A stretch of 64,000 bases of DNA from an uncultured virus (IMG/VR IMGVR_UViG_3300038428_000082). Lineage: Duplodnaviria; Heunggongvirae; Uroviricota; Caudoviricetes. The stretch lies in IMG/VR virus record IMGVR_UViG_3300038428_000082; one strand, 5' to 3'. Shown here piece after piece: positions 1-10,448 of this stretch. Position 1 is the first letter of the stretch. Each line of letters begins with the position of its first letter. The notes beneath the pieces were generated by a model that worked only from the letters and a program-made list of their open reading frames with translations, ran no database searches and had not been told where the DNA came from. The position numbers were made by a program, and so were the translations under genes.

Positions 1-666
1 CGCTCTGATATTCAAACACGAGAAGAACTTGACGAGACCGAGCGGGATTTCATCAAGTTCCTGCGGTCGCAGGAGCCCGAGTATGGGTACAATATATGCC
101 GGGGTGGGGAGGGGAGAACAGGACCACTTTCTTCTAAAGAAAAAGAGAAGTTTCTCGCTGCTAATAGAGCATATTGGATTCGACGAAGTTTAGTGGGGCA
201 AACATTTGGCAAGTTGACGGTACAGTCTGAGCATGGAAGAGATGACAAAGGAAAGAAGCTGTGGGACTGCCGATGTGATTGTGGTAATCATACAATCATA
301 AGAACAAACCCGCTGACGGCTGGTTCCATCAAAAGTTGTGGTTGCTTGATTAGTGAAGCCGGACAAAAACGTTGGGCTAAACTAGATATGGTTGGAAAGG
401 TTTTCGGTAAATTGGTTGTCCAATGTGAGGCGGGAAGGAATAAGAGACAACAACGACTATGGGATTGTCTATGTAGTTGCGGCAACCACACGGTTGTTAA
501 AACTAATACCCTAATGACCGGCAATGCTAAAAGCTGTGGTTGTTCAAGAAAGGGTTTGAAGTGGATTAACAAAAATGGAAAAGAGGTTAGGGTTAAATAT
601 GAAAACCTTGATTCTTTTCTTACTAATGGATGGGAATTAGGACAAGTCTTTGCAAGAAGGTCTTAG
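1..666 (+). CDS. GIY-YIG endonuclease (5'-truncated) fused to Cys-rich 'GxxFGKLTV..WxCxCDCG..SCGC' repeats
   Basis: Frame 1 is open from base 1 (RSDIQTREELDETERDFIKFLRSQEPEYGYNICRGGEG, nearly identical to the GIY-YIG genes at 16198 and 32922) and continues into ORF 193..666. Confidence 0.75.
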   Translation, partial: RSDIQTREELDETERDFIKFLRSQEPEYGYNICRGGEGRTGPLSSKEKEKFLAANRAYWIRRSLVGQTFGKLTVQSEHGRDDKGKKLWDCRCDCGNHTIIRTNPLTAGSIKSCGCLISEAGQKRWAKLDMVGKVFGKLVVQCEAGRNKRQQRLWDCLCSCGNHTVVKTNTLMTGNAKSCGCSRKGLKWINKNGKEVRVKYENLDSFLTNGWELGQVFARRS

Positions 667-674
667 GAGGAATC

Positions 675-863
675 ATGAAAGGTTGGAAGACGAAAAAGGC
701 CGATGGAAAGACATTCAGCACGTTCCGGGTGAATATCGGGGGCTATCACTGCCTCGTGGACTGCGTGAGGATGAAGCAGGCGAAGGATTACGTCCGCAAG
801 CAATTCCCCGCTTTTATTCACCTTCACGGCAATAACTCTTTTACCATCAAGAGGGTGAAGTGA
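675..863 (+). CDS. small hypothetical protein
   Basis: AGGAGG RBS before ATG 675. Confidence 0.6.
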   Translation: MKGWKTKKADGKTFSTFRVNIGGYHCLVDCVRMKQAKDYVRKQFPAFIHLHGNNSFTIKRVK

Positions 864-946
864 ATCTAACTTGGTTGTTGATTTTTTGACTATCAACAGC
901 CCTAATAGGACGACATAGTGGCAGGAATGAATTCAAGGAGGGTAAG

Positions 947-1759
947 ATGAAAAGTACAATTTTGAGAGTACTGATGGTCATTCTGCTTTTTGCTGGATTG
1001 GGGATGGCTCAGTTACCGGAAGTAGAAAAAACCTATGTCAACAAAACCTTGTGGCCCGCCACATCGCTGTTGTACATTCAGACCGCCGAGGGCGCTATGG
1101 ATATGCGCTGCACCGCTACTACCATCGGGCAGGATGACAAAACCTATACGGTGGTCACCGCTGCTCACTGCGGTTGCAAAGATGACCCATCAAAAAATAT
1201 CGTCACGCCTGAGAAGGGATTCTTTTTCATAAGTCCCGATTCTCCCGGAAATAAAATCTACTTGAAGGCGACGGTGAAGGGTTGCGGTTACCGAACCAAG
1301 GGAGATGATTTTTTCCTCCTTACCATCGACAAAACGATACCCTTTCCAGTCATTCCACTTGGCAAAGACCCAAAGCTTCTCGATAGCATAATCAACGTGG
1401 GAGGTCCGCTCGGACTGGGTAAGCAGGTATTCCTCGGCTCCGTAAGCAGTCCCATTTTGGACCGTCCGGTAACGGAGGATGATATCCAATGGACGGGAAC
1501 GGTTTTGTTGCAGGAGTTTGGAGTAAATGGTGGTTCCAGTGGCTCGTCAGTGGTGTGCGTAGAGCAACACGCCATATGCGCTTTCGTTGTCGGGTCAATT
1601 GCCGAGACTACCATGATAGCCATGCCAGTATCCCGACTCATCAAATTTCAAGAGCAGCTTGCTACGGGAAAATACAAATGGTATAGGGCCGACCCGGACG
1701 CCCCGCCCGCTACAGTTTTCGGCGCTGAGGGAGCATCTCCCAACCTCCCTAAGAAATAA
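947..1759 (+). CDS. secreted trypsin-like serine protease
   Basis: N-terminal signal peptide; TAAHC, DF and GGSSGS catalytic motifs; AGGAGG RBS. Confidence 0.8.
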   Translation: MKSTILRVLMVILLFAGLGMAQLPEVEKTYVNKTLWPATSLLYIQTAEGAMDMRCTATTIGQDDKTYTVVTAAHCGCKDDPSKNIVTPEKGFFFISPDSPGNKIYLKATVKGCGYRTKGDDFFLLTIDKTIPFPVIPLGKDPKLLDSIINVGGPLGLGKQVFLGSVSSPILDRPVTEDDIQWTGTVLLQEFGVNGGSSGSSVVCVEQHAICAFVVGSIAETTMIAMPVSRLIKFQEQLATGKYKWYRADPDAPPATVFGAEGASPNLPKK

Positions 1760-1792
1760 TGCTGATGACTACGACCGATAAGGAGGTGCCAA

Positions 1793-2634
1793 ATGCCTGA
1801 GAAAATATTGACCCACGGGTCCCTCTTCTCAGGCATTTGACTGGTATGATGGATTACGGGTTGGAGTTGGCGGGATGGAAAACGGTTTGGCAGGTGGAGA
1901 ATAACGAGTACTGCCAAGCTCTGCTCCGGGAGCATTGGCCGGTTACTCAAAAGTTCAGCGATGTGAGGTCTTGTGGACGACACAATCTTGAACCTGTTAC
2001 CCTTATCAGCGGAGGATTTCCTTGCCAGAATATCTCCGAAGCTGGAAAACTGGAAGGACTCGGAACTCCCGATAGCCCCACCGACCGCAGCGGCCTATGG
2101 TTCCATTTCCGTCGCATCATCCATGAACTCAGACCTGCTTGGGTTCTGGTTGAGAATGTGGTTAGGCTCATGCTTAGAGACGATGGGGATACCGTCCTCG
2201 CCGATTTGGAAGCGGAGGGTTACGAAAGGGTGCCGCTCGTGGTGGGAGCTTCGGATTGCGGAGCACCACATAAGAGGCAACGGGTCTTTGTGCTTGCCCA
2301 CCGCCACGACCCCGACAGCGATTATGTTCCCGCTCCCGGAGTGGAGGCCGCAAGACTTTTTCCAACTCAAATCCGGGAGATTGCGGAAGCGCAGCGAAGA
2401 TGGGCACGAGCGAAGCATGAACTGGGCACAAGAACTTGCGGTGAGAGCGGTGATTCAGAATCCTACGCTCGAACCTACGATGGAATTGTGCGAAGATTTT
2501 TTGGGAATTCCACGTGGCTGGAGCAAACTCACGCCCTCGGGAACACAGTCATACCTGTCATCCCGTGCCTTATCGGAGGCTATGTTGCGGCGGCGGAGGC
2601 GGAAATGGAAAGTCGAAACGTCAGTCCCCGATGA
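1793..2634 (+). pseudogene. C5 DNA cytosine methyltransferase, frameshifted in motif I
   Basis: AGGAGGT + ATG 1793 gives MPEKILTHGSLFSGI* (TGA 1838); the remainder (GGFPCQ, ENV, HKRQRVF) is in another frame from 1837. Confidence 0.7.
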
Positions 2635-3094
2635 CGACGGGGAATAAGGCCCGGACCCACATTTTCACATATCCCATGAAATGACTTGACACCGACTGCC
2701 CCGGCATCCGGGGAGGGGCGGTGATGTACATTTCGATAATGTCTTCAAACTTCTCTTCCTTGAACATCAAGAAGTTGGCGATGATTTCCTGCGTCCAATC
2801 GTCAAGGGAGTCATTCAGCGGCTCGTAGCCGAACTCCTTGGCGATCATGGCGGTAGCTTCCCGGATTTTGTTGGGGTACATGTTCAAAAACTCGGTGAGA
2901 TTGTAAGGCAGGATGAATCCCGGAACCGCTTCCGGCTCCCATGCGACCTTGAGCGTAGCGAGAAACTTGTCGTCCGCTGCCGTCAACTGAATCTCTGGAG
3001 GAGCAATCGGTAACCCCCGGCGCTCCATTATCTGGTATTCCTTTGCTAGAATTTTGGCTTTGAGCCGGGCTACGGGGTCCTGTTCATTGGTCAT
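2621..3094 (-). CDS. hypothetical protein, paralog of the N-terminal half of 18274..19110 (sigma region 2-like)
   Basis: FILPYNLTEFLNMYP..DDWTQEII matches FVVPKNFVEFYERFP..EDWTQDLL. Confidence 0.6.
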   Translation of the reverse strand: MTNEQDPVARLKAKILAKEYQIMERRGLPIAPPEIQLTAADDKFLATLKVAWEPEAVPGFILPYNLTEFLNMYPNKIREATAMIAKEFGYEPLNDSLDDWTQEIIANFLMFKEEKFEDIIEMYITAPPRMPGQSVSSHFMGYVKMWVRALFPVVIGD

Positions 3095-3110
3095 ATATCC
3101 CTCCACTCTC

Positions 3111-3165
3111 AGTATACCTCACTCCCCACAATTTTATGAGGATTTTTTTACCGGCGTGGTATACT
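3111..3165. promoter_or_regulatory. divergent pair of GWGGTATACT extended -10-like promoters
   Basis: GAGGTATACT on - strand (3111-3120) and GTGGTATACT on + strand (3156-3165), each just upstream of an RBS and ATG. Confidence 0.65.
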
Positions 3166-3180
3166 GTAAGTGGAGGCACC

Positions 3181-3534
3181 ATGCCTGCTCAAGTCCGCAC
3201 GTGTATCAAGTGCTATCGTGATTTTGTCCTACTCCCCGGCAAACCGGGGTTATCGACCCATTGTCCCAACTGCTCGGAAGAGACTACCGAAATGAAAATG
3301 GCAAAGGTCGCTTGGGACGGAAAACACACGCAAATCATTGAAATCACGGACAATCGAAAAGAGGCTGAGCGTTTTAATAAGGCGCAGAATCGTGGTTCTT
3401 TCGGTCCACTGGCGACCTTCGGCGGTAAAGGCGAGGGGGCGGTGGGGAAGGAATCGGGGAAAATCGGCACAGGAGCGGAGCTTGGAGCGGTGTATCACTC
3501 TCCCCTGCGGGAGAAGCATTCACTTAAACGTTGA
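3181..3534 (+). CDS. hypothetical protein with N-terminal CxxC..CxxC zinc ribbon
   Basis: GGAGG RBS; CIKC and CPNC motifs. Confidence 0.65.
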   Translation: MPAQVRTCIKCYRDFVLLPGKPGLSTHCPNCSEETTEMKMAKVAWDGKHTQIIEITDNRKEAERFNKAQNRGSFGPLATFGGKGEGAVGKESGKIGTGAELGAVYHSPLREKHSLKR

Positions 3535-3541
3535 GGTGTGT

Positions 3542-4333
3542 ATGAAAGTAGAAACTCAGTTGCGAAGGGCTGACCTGTCCCTTTACGATAGGCTGCTCGT
3601 GGAAGATGCTTTAGACCCTAATCAAAGCCACTCCCTGCCGCCAAACCGGCGTTGGGTGCCCACCTTGGAGTGGTATGACCGGGCGGTGGGCGGGGCGGTC
3701 AATCCCCCCGAACCCATGGATAAGCCTGAGAGGGTCCGGCTAAGGGATAAGGACGTTCCTCAAGATAAAGTGGACCTCACCGTTTTTCTCCTGAAAAGCA
3801 GTACTTTATCTTATGGCGAGATTGCCAAGCTTGCCGAACTCAAATGGAATAGCACGGTGCAGCAAATCGCCAAGAAGTACAAATTACGGAGCTACGCAGT
3901 GGTCACCCCCGTCAATCGCCAACAGTACAAGGAGTCCCGTAGTTTCACTCCCCTCCAGAAAGAACAATTTGAATACAGACGGATTCTGGCGGAGGTTCTC
4001 AGGCGGAACCCCGAAGCCTCTTACCAAGAGGTTGCTGACTCTCTGAACATAAGCGTCTCCACGGTTTTCAAAGCAGCGGAGGAGTTTGGGGTGGTGGAGA
4101 CCCGCAGGCACCGGGGCCGTCCCAACATGGGTAAAGGTGACCGCAGGGGGTTGCATTACCGGGCACGCCGCTGTTGGGTCCAGAATTGTCTGGTGCGTCG
4201 GAAGAAGGGGCTTGCTCCCCTACCCAAGGAAGCCTTCATGGCTGACTTTTATGCGAGGCACGGAGGAACCCCCTCAGCGGTTGAAGGTCCGGCAGCGCCC
4301 ATCCCTTGTCCACAGGATTGGGGAGAGGTCTAG
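3542..4333 (+). CDS. double helix-turn-helix DNA-binding protein
   Basis: SYGEIAKLAEL..STVQQ and SYQEVADSLNISVSTVFK; C-terminal domain shared with 17489..18229. Confidence 0.65.
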   Translation: MKVETQLRRADLSLYDRLLVEDALDPNQSHSLPPNRRWVPTLEWYDRAVGGAVNPPEPMDKPERVRLRDKDVPQDKVDLTVFLLKSSTLSYGEIAKLAELKWNSTVQQIAKKYKLRSYAVVTPVNRQQYKESRSFTPLQKEQFEYRRILAEVLRRNPEASYQEVADSLNISVSTVFKAAEEFGVVETRRHRGRPNMGKGDRRGLHYRARRCWVQNCLVRRKKGLAPLPKEAFMADFYARHGGTPSAVEGPAAPIPCPQDWGEV

Positions 4334-4334
4334 T

Positions 4335-4844
4335 ATGAAAAAGATGGTCTGGCGGATTGGGACTCTTGATTTTCACCCTCGGGTATTAAACCAAGACTAC
4401 CCGCCTATTCGTGTTTACCTCAGTGTTACGAACCACCCTCTTCCCAAGCGTAAGCACAACATGAGGCGCTTTGTAAGAGTGAAGGTTACTCTCCCGGAGT
4501 ATTGTCTCCCTACCTCACCCCGCAAGCCTGATTTGATAACTTTGCGCAATTTGGTAGCGGTGGGTAAGTTGCCCCTGTCTGCTGCTATCGGGGTAATCAA
4601 GTCTTGGGGGGTGAGCAAGGACACAGCGGAGTTCATGGAGGAACAGGTCATCCCCGAGAGAAGCACGTCCTTTACTCCTCCTAACCATCGACCACATGAC
4701 TTGGATTATTACGACAAAAAAGACTACACAGTCGAATCCCCCAAGGGTCCGTTCAACTTTGAGTATTACGATGCCATGAATGATTTCTCAACTACCCCCG
4801 ACGAAACGCAGGGTAGCCCGCCGCAGATGCCCGGCGTAGCATAG
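4335..4844 (+). CDS. hypothetical protein
   Basis: ORF abutting the upstream stop, GAGG RBS. Confidence 0.55.
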   Translation: MKKMVWRIGTLDFHPRVLNQDYPPIRVYLSVTNHPLPKRKHNMRRFVRVKVTLPEYCLPTSPRKPDLITLRNLVAVGKLPLSAAIGVIKSWGVSKDTAEFMEEQVIPERSTSFTPPNHRPHDLDYYDKKDYTVESPKGPFNFEYYDAMNDFSTTPDETQGSPPQMPGVA

Positions 4845-5097
4845 GGCTGAGACTGTAGGGAAGCATGGACCGGCGCACACCGGAGTCTTTCTGTGGTTCT
4901 ACTTCGGGCTTGTACTCGAAGTCCGCAGGCTCGTGGGGATGCATATCCAGCCACTCCGCCACGACACTCCAAACTTCATCGTCAGAATCAAGGACATCCA
5001 AGGTAAGTAGGGGATTCTCCCCGAAGTCTTCCGATTGAAACGACTGCCACGGAAGTTCTCCCGCAATCTTCATTCCCCCTCGGGTCAGGAAAACCAT
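4792..5097 (-). CDS. hypothetical protein
   Basis: Start overlaps the stop of the upstream minus-strand gene. Confidence 0.5.
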   Translation of the reverse strand: MVFLTRGGMKIAGELPWQSFQSEDFGENPLLTLDVLDSDDEVWSVVAEWLDMHPHEPADFEYKPEVEPQKDSGVRRSMLPYSLSPMLRRASAAGYPAFRRG

Positions 5098-5672
5098 TAC
5101 GTCTCCTTAGCATTTATAGCAAGAGTGGTTTTGTTATGATATTTATCAAGATAGATTTTGACGGCTTCATAGCGCATGTGGTTTGCTTCTAGGAGACCCA
5201 CTAGAAAATTACAAGCAGCGCACAGGAGTCCACGATTTTCTCCAGTTAGATGGTCGTGGTCTACCATAAAGGGCAGGTTATTCTTTCCATCTCTGGTCTT
5301 TCCATTATCAGAAACCCCACAAATAGCACATTTTCCGTTTTGCTTGACTAATAAAGAGGCATATTCCTCTAATGTCATTTTATATTTTCTGAGCAAGTGT
5401 CGTGCTCTTGCGATAGATTGATATGCCTTGAGCTTTTCGGGATTGACAGCTATCTCTGTCTTGAAATAGCAATTTCCACAGATTCCTCCCCCCTCTAGTT
5501 TCTTTTGCTTTTTGCAAAGAGAACAAATACCATGGCGTTTACCAGCCCTACAAGCTTTACATTTCCTACTCCAATAAATCCGCACTTCACCGGAAACGAG
5601 AGTACAAGGACGACGAGAAAAGTTATTTTCTAGGTCTAGTTCTTTTTGACATTTCAAACAAGTTCTAAGCAT
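5097..5672 (-). CDS. endonuclease VII-like homing endonuclease
   Basis: QNGKCAIC..VDHDHLTGENRGLLCAACN motif; AT-rich. Confidence 0.8.
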   Translation of the reverse strand: MLRTCLKCQKELDLENNFSRRPCTLVSGEVRIYWSRKCKACRAGKRHGICSLCKKQKKLEGGGICGNCYFKTEIAVNPEKLKAYQSIARARHLLRKYKMTLEEYASLLVKQNGKCAICGVSDNGKTRDGKNNLPFMVDHDHLTGENRGLLCAACNFLVGLLEANHMRYEAVKIYLDKYHNKTTLAINAKET

Positions 5673-7422
5673 TAGAGTCCCTAGTACCAGTTACGAAACG
5701 ATACTTAAGAAGCAATGACTCAGAATCGAGCGTCTCCGCCCGGACAAAGACCTCGTACACAAATCCCCCGCCCGGAGAACTGCACCAGACGGCAGCTTGT
5801 GCCCAGCCATCGTTTATCGCCTCTTGGATTTCTGAATCAGTCAGTTTTTCCACCAGCGCCTTGACCCGGCTGCCGGTGATGTTCAGGGTAGTGCTGCCTC
5901 CCTGCAATTGCTGTTGTTCCATTTGGTCTAACTGGACCTCGCCAATGCCCGGAATCTTATCCAGAGGCGGTCGGCTAGTTAGCTTGTAGGCGGAGATGAA
6001 AGCCGCTGCGAGTTCCGCCATGACGTGCTTGAGGAAGGTGCTGAACTTCTCCTTATCCTGCATCGTGCCTGCGGTCTTCATCAGACCGGCAAGGACGGTA
6101 AGAGCGTCAGGTGCGCCCCCGTACTGGCTGCCAAACTCTTGGGAGAATCCCTCGCCCTTAATTTCGTTCTCGCTGCGGAGGGGGTCGATTCCCTCGTTTC
6201 CTGCCTTGGGGAAATCCTCCATCTCGTTGTGCCGCCTGATTTCATCCGGGGAAGTCTGCTGTTGTCCCTCGGGAATTTGCGGTTTGTAGTCCAGCCCCAA
6301 TCCCGCCGCTCCAGCCGGGGAAGTGCTGATATAAGAAACCTTGGTCAGGTTATCAAAAGTGTTATCCAAAGCAGCGGTGAGGAAACCGGGTCCCTCGGGT
6401 TCATTGCCGTGGAAGGACGGGGCATCTAAAGTATTGCCTGCAATGTCGGCGTCCATAGGAGCATTCGTGGCGTTTGGGTAATCCACTATCTCATGTTGGA
6501 TTTCCGGGTAGAATTCCCGGAGCGCCTGACCGGGGAAAAAGAAGTTGAAGCCCGCCTTCTTATCGGGGGCTTTCCAGTTTTCAATCTCGCCACATCCGCA
6601 GCTTTCTCCCTTTCGTACCACTTGATGGCATTTGGAACAAGTGACAGAGGTGGCGGCAGGTTCTTTCTCGACAGGAGCGCCGAGGGCTTTGGCGGTTACA
6701 ATGTTCTCAGGCTTGGCTCCATCCACATAGCTGATGCCGGATGTGATTGGCTCTGCCTTGAAGTCGTTACCCCACTTCGTTGCCGCCTTGACAACAAAGC
6801 TCCCCGCCTGCTTGGCGTTGGCAAAGTTTGAAGTATATTTCTTACCCTTCAACGTGTACTTGACTTCCATTCTAGCCTCCTTGTATGCCCCTTGAATACC
6901 CATGGCTTTCATCCCCTCAGTCATATCCGGGGGAAGTTCCCGCTCTCTTGTCCTGCCCATAAGACTGTCCTGATAGTTCTGTTCAAGCTCAGCTTCATCC
7001 ATGTAAAAGGAAGCTATTTCCTTCCAGTTTGGTTCTACCCACTCCCTCGGACCCCCACCACCCATGCCGGGGTCGGCCTTCATCAGGTCGATTATCTCAG
7101 CGAAAATATCCGCTGCCCGGTTGCCGGTCGGTTCTGGCGTCTTACCCTCTATCTGGCGAGCCTCGAACTCTCCCCGCTCCTGTAAAGCTTCGGCGTCCTC
7201 TTCATCCCACTGCTGCTTGACTTGATTCCGGTACTTCCTGAACGTCTGGGCGAACTGATTAGCCAAGGTATCGAGGTTGAAGTTGCCCTTACCACGCTGC
7301 TGCAACGCTTGCAACGCCATGGTCTGGGCTTTCTTCTGGTCCCGCTGGTCATTGGAGATGTAACTGTAGACAACCATCGTCTGCCAGTCGGTCCAACCTT
7401 CCACCTCGGCTCGCTTACGCAT
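5665..7422 (-). CDS. large hypothetical protein, probably virion-associated
   Basis: 585-aa ORF in a coupled operon; K-x-A junction motifs. Confidence 0.7.
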   Translation of the reverse strand: MRKRAEVEGWTDWQTMVVYSYISNDQRDQKKAQTMALQALQQRGKGNFNLDTLANQFAQTFRKYRNQVKQQWDEEDAEALQERGEFEARQIEGKTPEPTGNRAADIFAEIIDLMKADPGMGGGGPREWVEPNWKEIASFYMDEAELEQNYQDSLMGRTRERELPPDMTEGMKAMGIQGAYKEARMEVKYTLKGKKYTSNFANAKQAGSFVVKAATKWGNDFKAEPITSGISYVDGAKPENIVTAKALGAPVEKEPAATSVTCSKCHQVVRKGESCGCGEIENWKAPDKKAGFNFFFPGQALREFYPEIQHEIVDYPNATNAPMDADIAGNTLDAPSFHGNEPEGPGFLTAALDNTFDNLTKVSYISTSPAGAAGLGLDYKPQIPEGQQQTSPDEIRRHNEMEDFPKAGNEGIDPLRSENEIKGEGFSQEFGSQYGGAPDALTVLAGLMKTAGTMQDKEKFSTFLKHVMAELAAAFISAYKLTSRPPLDKIPGIGEVQLDQMEQQQLQGGSTTLNITGSRVKALVEKLTDSEIQEAINDGWAQAAVWCSSPGGGFVYEVFVRAETLDSESLLLKYRFVTGTRDSNA

Positions 7423-10400
7423 TACATTCCCCTTGTTTTTCTCTCAGGCTGCACCGGAATGTCAGCCGGGGTAGTCCTGCTCTTCATCTCCCGCTTGCCG
7501 GGAAGTTCCCCCTCCACCGCCATGTTGACGTTCTCACCCTCTTCGATTTCATCCGCCACGGCGTTTAGGAACCAACGCATGTGCTTCACGTTGTCTACGA
7601 TTTGACCAACGTTGGCGGCGACATCGTAGATGATTTCATCATCGTTGTCGATGAGCCACTGGGCCTTTTCCAAGGCTTCGGGGGAAGCGGCGGTCTTACC
7701 CGCCTGTTTTGGTTCATTGTTCAGCCCGCCCTCGCCCGCCTGATAGCTCTCATGCGGCTCCTCCTTGCTGTTGGCTACTTCGGGAAGGTTGGCTCCGAGG
7801 TCAGCAAGGTCACCGATGTAGCCAACTTCCACCGCCTCGTCAAGGTCATCGCCGAGGGGTGCGCACGCCTGCTTCTCAAGCTCCCGAGCATCGGTGGTCT
7901 TGGTAGCGTCCGGGTTGTCAGCTAACTGGTCTTTGGATTGACCCTTGACCGCCGCCCGAGCCTTTTCAATATCCGGGGAAACCGATTGGTCAGCCTGCTT
8001 GGCTAGCTCAATGGGCTGTTTGGTTTCCTTGTAGGTGGGGTCATTGGATACCCCAATGGTCTCCTTTGCCCCATGGGTAAGCTTGGACTTGGCTTTACTG
8101 ATGTCGGGGGTCACCGATTGGTCAGCATTCTTGGTTTTGGCACTGGTCAGTTTTCCCCACGGCTCGGAAGGAGCCGAATTCAGGCTCCGGTCATTCACCC
8201 CTTCGGATTCAATGGCTCGATTGAGTTTCTCCACTTCCCGCATGAGGGTAGTCTTCCTCGCCGGGGTAGCGGTGGACAGGGCGGAGTAGAGCTTATCCCG
8301 CTGGTCCATCAGGTTACCGGCGCTGCCAAGGTCGGCTTTCTTTTTCTTGTCTTTCTTGTCTTTCTTGTCTTCCTTCTTGTCTTCCTTGCCATCTCCAAGG
8401 GGGAGCTTGGACTTTACCTTGGACTTGCTGTCATCGGTGGATACAGAGATGTTGATGTCTCCTGCCAGCCGGGGAACCCCGCCGTGGTCCGGCGAGGTCT
8501 TCTGGTCAGCAAGCTCGCAGACTTCGGTGGTCTTGGTAGCAACCTCGGGTCCGCCTTCGCTCTTCTCCTGTGAGAGGTCAGCTTTGCTCTCGCCCTCAAT
8601 GGCCGCTTTGGCTTCGAAGATGTCCGGTTCAACGGATTGGTCGGCGACCTTGGTTACTTCCAAAGAAGCCCACCGTGCCCGCATACTATCCTTGAGGCCG
8701 TTCCATGCGGCGTCGATAACGCCGTAGAAGTCGTCCCCGTCCTCACCATCCAGCTTGTGCTGGCGGCGGTTGTGACGGAGAGCCGATTCCCGTTGAGCCG
8801 ACGCTTGCTTGAACTTGGTGGAAGCGACAATGACATCTTCCTCCTCATCCGGCGCACGCATAAGCTCTTCGGCAATCAGTTCGGCTGCGTCAACAGAGGC
8901 CGTCTTTTTCGTGGCGTTCTTTTGGTCCTTGGGACGCCGCATTTCGGAGACTTCCTGCGCTGTACCAGACCTCCATCCGCACGAGCAGAAGTACTGCTCG
9001 TCTTCGGGCTTTGCCTTGCGGGCAGTTCCCTTGCACATGGGACAGTGCATCTGGGCTTCGGCGGTCTTTGCAACCTTAACGGGACACTTGACCCCGCCCA
9101 CGATGCTGATGCTGGCGATACCCTCCGCCGCACCTACTGCTTTTTCCTTAGTGGCGTGAACTCCCCGGACTTGGCTGCCATCAAGGATTAACCACCCTTC
9201 CTTGATTTTTCCCAGTGAGTCTTTGACCTTCCCGTACTTTACTACCAGTGGGTCTAAGGAGGCTGTAACCTTCTTCTCCTTGTCGGTCTTGGGGTCCATG
9301 GCTCCTTCCCCGCCCCGTTCGTTGGCGGGATTGTCTGCCGTGTCCGCCTGCACCCGCTTCTTGATGGGCGTGGCGGCGGTCTTGGGGTTCTTCCATACCG
9401 CTACCGGGTTGGTGTAGGTGCCGTCATTCAGATAGATGGCGGCATCAGTGGGGACCATGGGTCCAAGGTGTTCATTGGTTCCGCCCGGCTGGGTGCTCTT
9501 AATGAAGGAGTCAATGTAACGAGCAAGACTTTCGGGTGAAGGCCGACCCATTCCCGGCACCTGTCCATGTCCACCACCGACATTCCATGCCGAGTCGGTG
9601 ATGTGGTATCCCGGCACGTGCATTCGCAGAACGAATTTGGGGGTGGAAGAACGTCCGGCTGCCTTGGGCTGACTCTTGATGAAGTAGCGCTCCAATCCAC
9701 CGGATGCTAGCCAGTTCCTCTCATCGCTCCGGGCAGGACGCCAGTTGTTCTTGACTTCCTCGTACATCTGGTCGGAAGTAAGCGGCTTTCCTTGGAAAAT
9801 GAAAATCACGTCCGCACCGGGGCCGTCTCCCCGGATATAGGTGGGGATTTTAAGGTCGGTGAGGAAGGGGTGATTTTCCTTCGTGTAGCGGAATCCCCTC
9901 TCCATCAACCTCTTTTCAATGGGAGAGAGCGGCTTCTCGGCGGCGGTCTTCTTTTCGTCCTTCTCTTCCTTCTTGCCCCCGATGTCCCCCTTCTTCTTGC
10001 AGAAACCACACTCACAACCTTCCGGGTGTACGCCATAGGCTTTCTTAGTGTAGGGGTCTTCAAAGTTTTTGTTCCAGTCGTGCCATCCGAGGGAGGTTCC
10101 ACGTGTCTGTAATTTCCAACCCCCTTGGGGTTCTTCCTCTTGAGCTAATGCCAACTGCTTTTGAATATAGGTCAACTTAGCAGTATCTCCGGGCTTTACA
10201 TACCATTCTCCGTTACTATATCCATTCTTATCGACAAGGCGTACAGTGGTTTGTGTCATCATATCAGAGGTTTTGATAGAACCAGAATGGACGTGCATCT
10301 GTTGGAGATGAGTCTTAGCCTCGGTTTCTGTTTTATGCGAGGAAATAATATGGTCGTCTTTATGGTCTTTGACAACCCAAGGAGCGGCCTTTCCTTTTGA

Positions 10401-10448
10401 ATCTCGATGGTTTTTCACGTAAGCAACATAAGCTAGTTTAATTAACAT
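7422..10448 (-). CDS. ~1000-aa modular low-complexity protein with ADQSVxPDI repeats (putative internal virion protein)
   Basis: Likely start MLIKLA at 10448 after GGAGG; three KxADQSV(E/T/S)PDI repeats; many K-x-A motifs. Confidence 0.7.
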   Translation of the reverse strand: MLIKLAYVAYVKNHRDSKGKAAPWVVKDHKDDHIISSHKTETEAKTHLQQMHVHSGSIKTSDMMTQTTVRLVDKNGYSNGEWYVKPGDTAKLTYIQKQLALAQEEEPQGGWKLQTRGTSLGWHDWNKNFEDPYTKKAYGVHPEGCECGFCKKKGDIGGKKEEKDEKKTAAEKPLSPIEKRLMERGFRYTKENHPFLTDLKIPTYIRGDGPGADVIFIFQGKPLTSDQMYEEVKNNWRPARSDERNWLASGGLERYFIKSQPKAAGRSSTPKFVLRMHVPGYHITDSAWNVGGGHGQVPGMGRPSPESLARYIDSFIKSTQPGGTNEHLGPMVPTDAAIYLNDGTYTNPVAVWKNPKTAATPIKKRVQADTADNPANERGGEGAMDPKTDKEKKVTASLDPLVVKYGKVKDSLGKIKEGWLILDGSQVRGVHATKEKAVGAAEGIASISIVGGVKCPVKVAKTAEAQMHCPMCKGTARKAKPEDEQYFCSCGWRSGTAQEVSEMRRPKDQKNATKKTASVDAAELIAEELMRAPDEEEDVIVASTKFKQASAQRESALRHNRRQHKLDGEDGDDFYGVIDAAWNGLKDSMRARWASLEVTKVADQSVEPDIFEAKAAIEGESKADLSQEKSEGGPEVATKTTEVCELADQKTSPDHGGVPRLAGDINISVSTDDSKSKVKSKLPLGDGKEDKKEDKKDKKDKKKKADLGSAGNLMDQRDKLYSALSTATPARKTTLMREVEKLNRAIESEGVNDRSLNSAPSEPWGKLTSAKTKNADQSVTPDISKAKSKLTHGAKETIGVSNDPTYKETKQPIELAKQADQSVSPDIEKARAAVKGQSKDQLADNPDATKTTDARELEKQACAPLGDDLDEAVEVGYIGDLADLGANLPEVANSKEEPHESYQAGEGGLNNEPKQAGKTAASPEALEKAQWLIDNDDEIIYDVAANVGQIVDNVKHMRWFLNAVADEIEEGENVNMAVEGELPGKREMKSRTTPADIPVQPERKTRGM

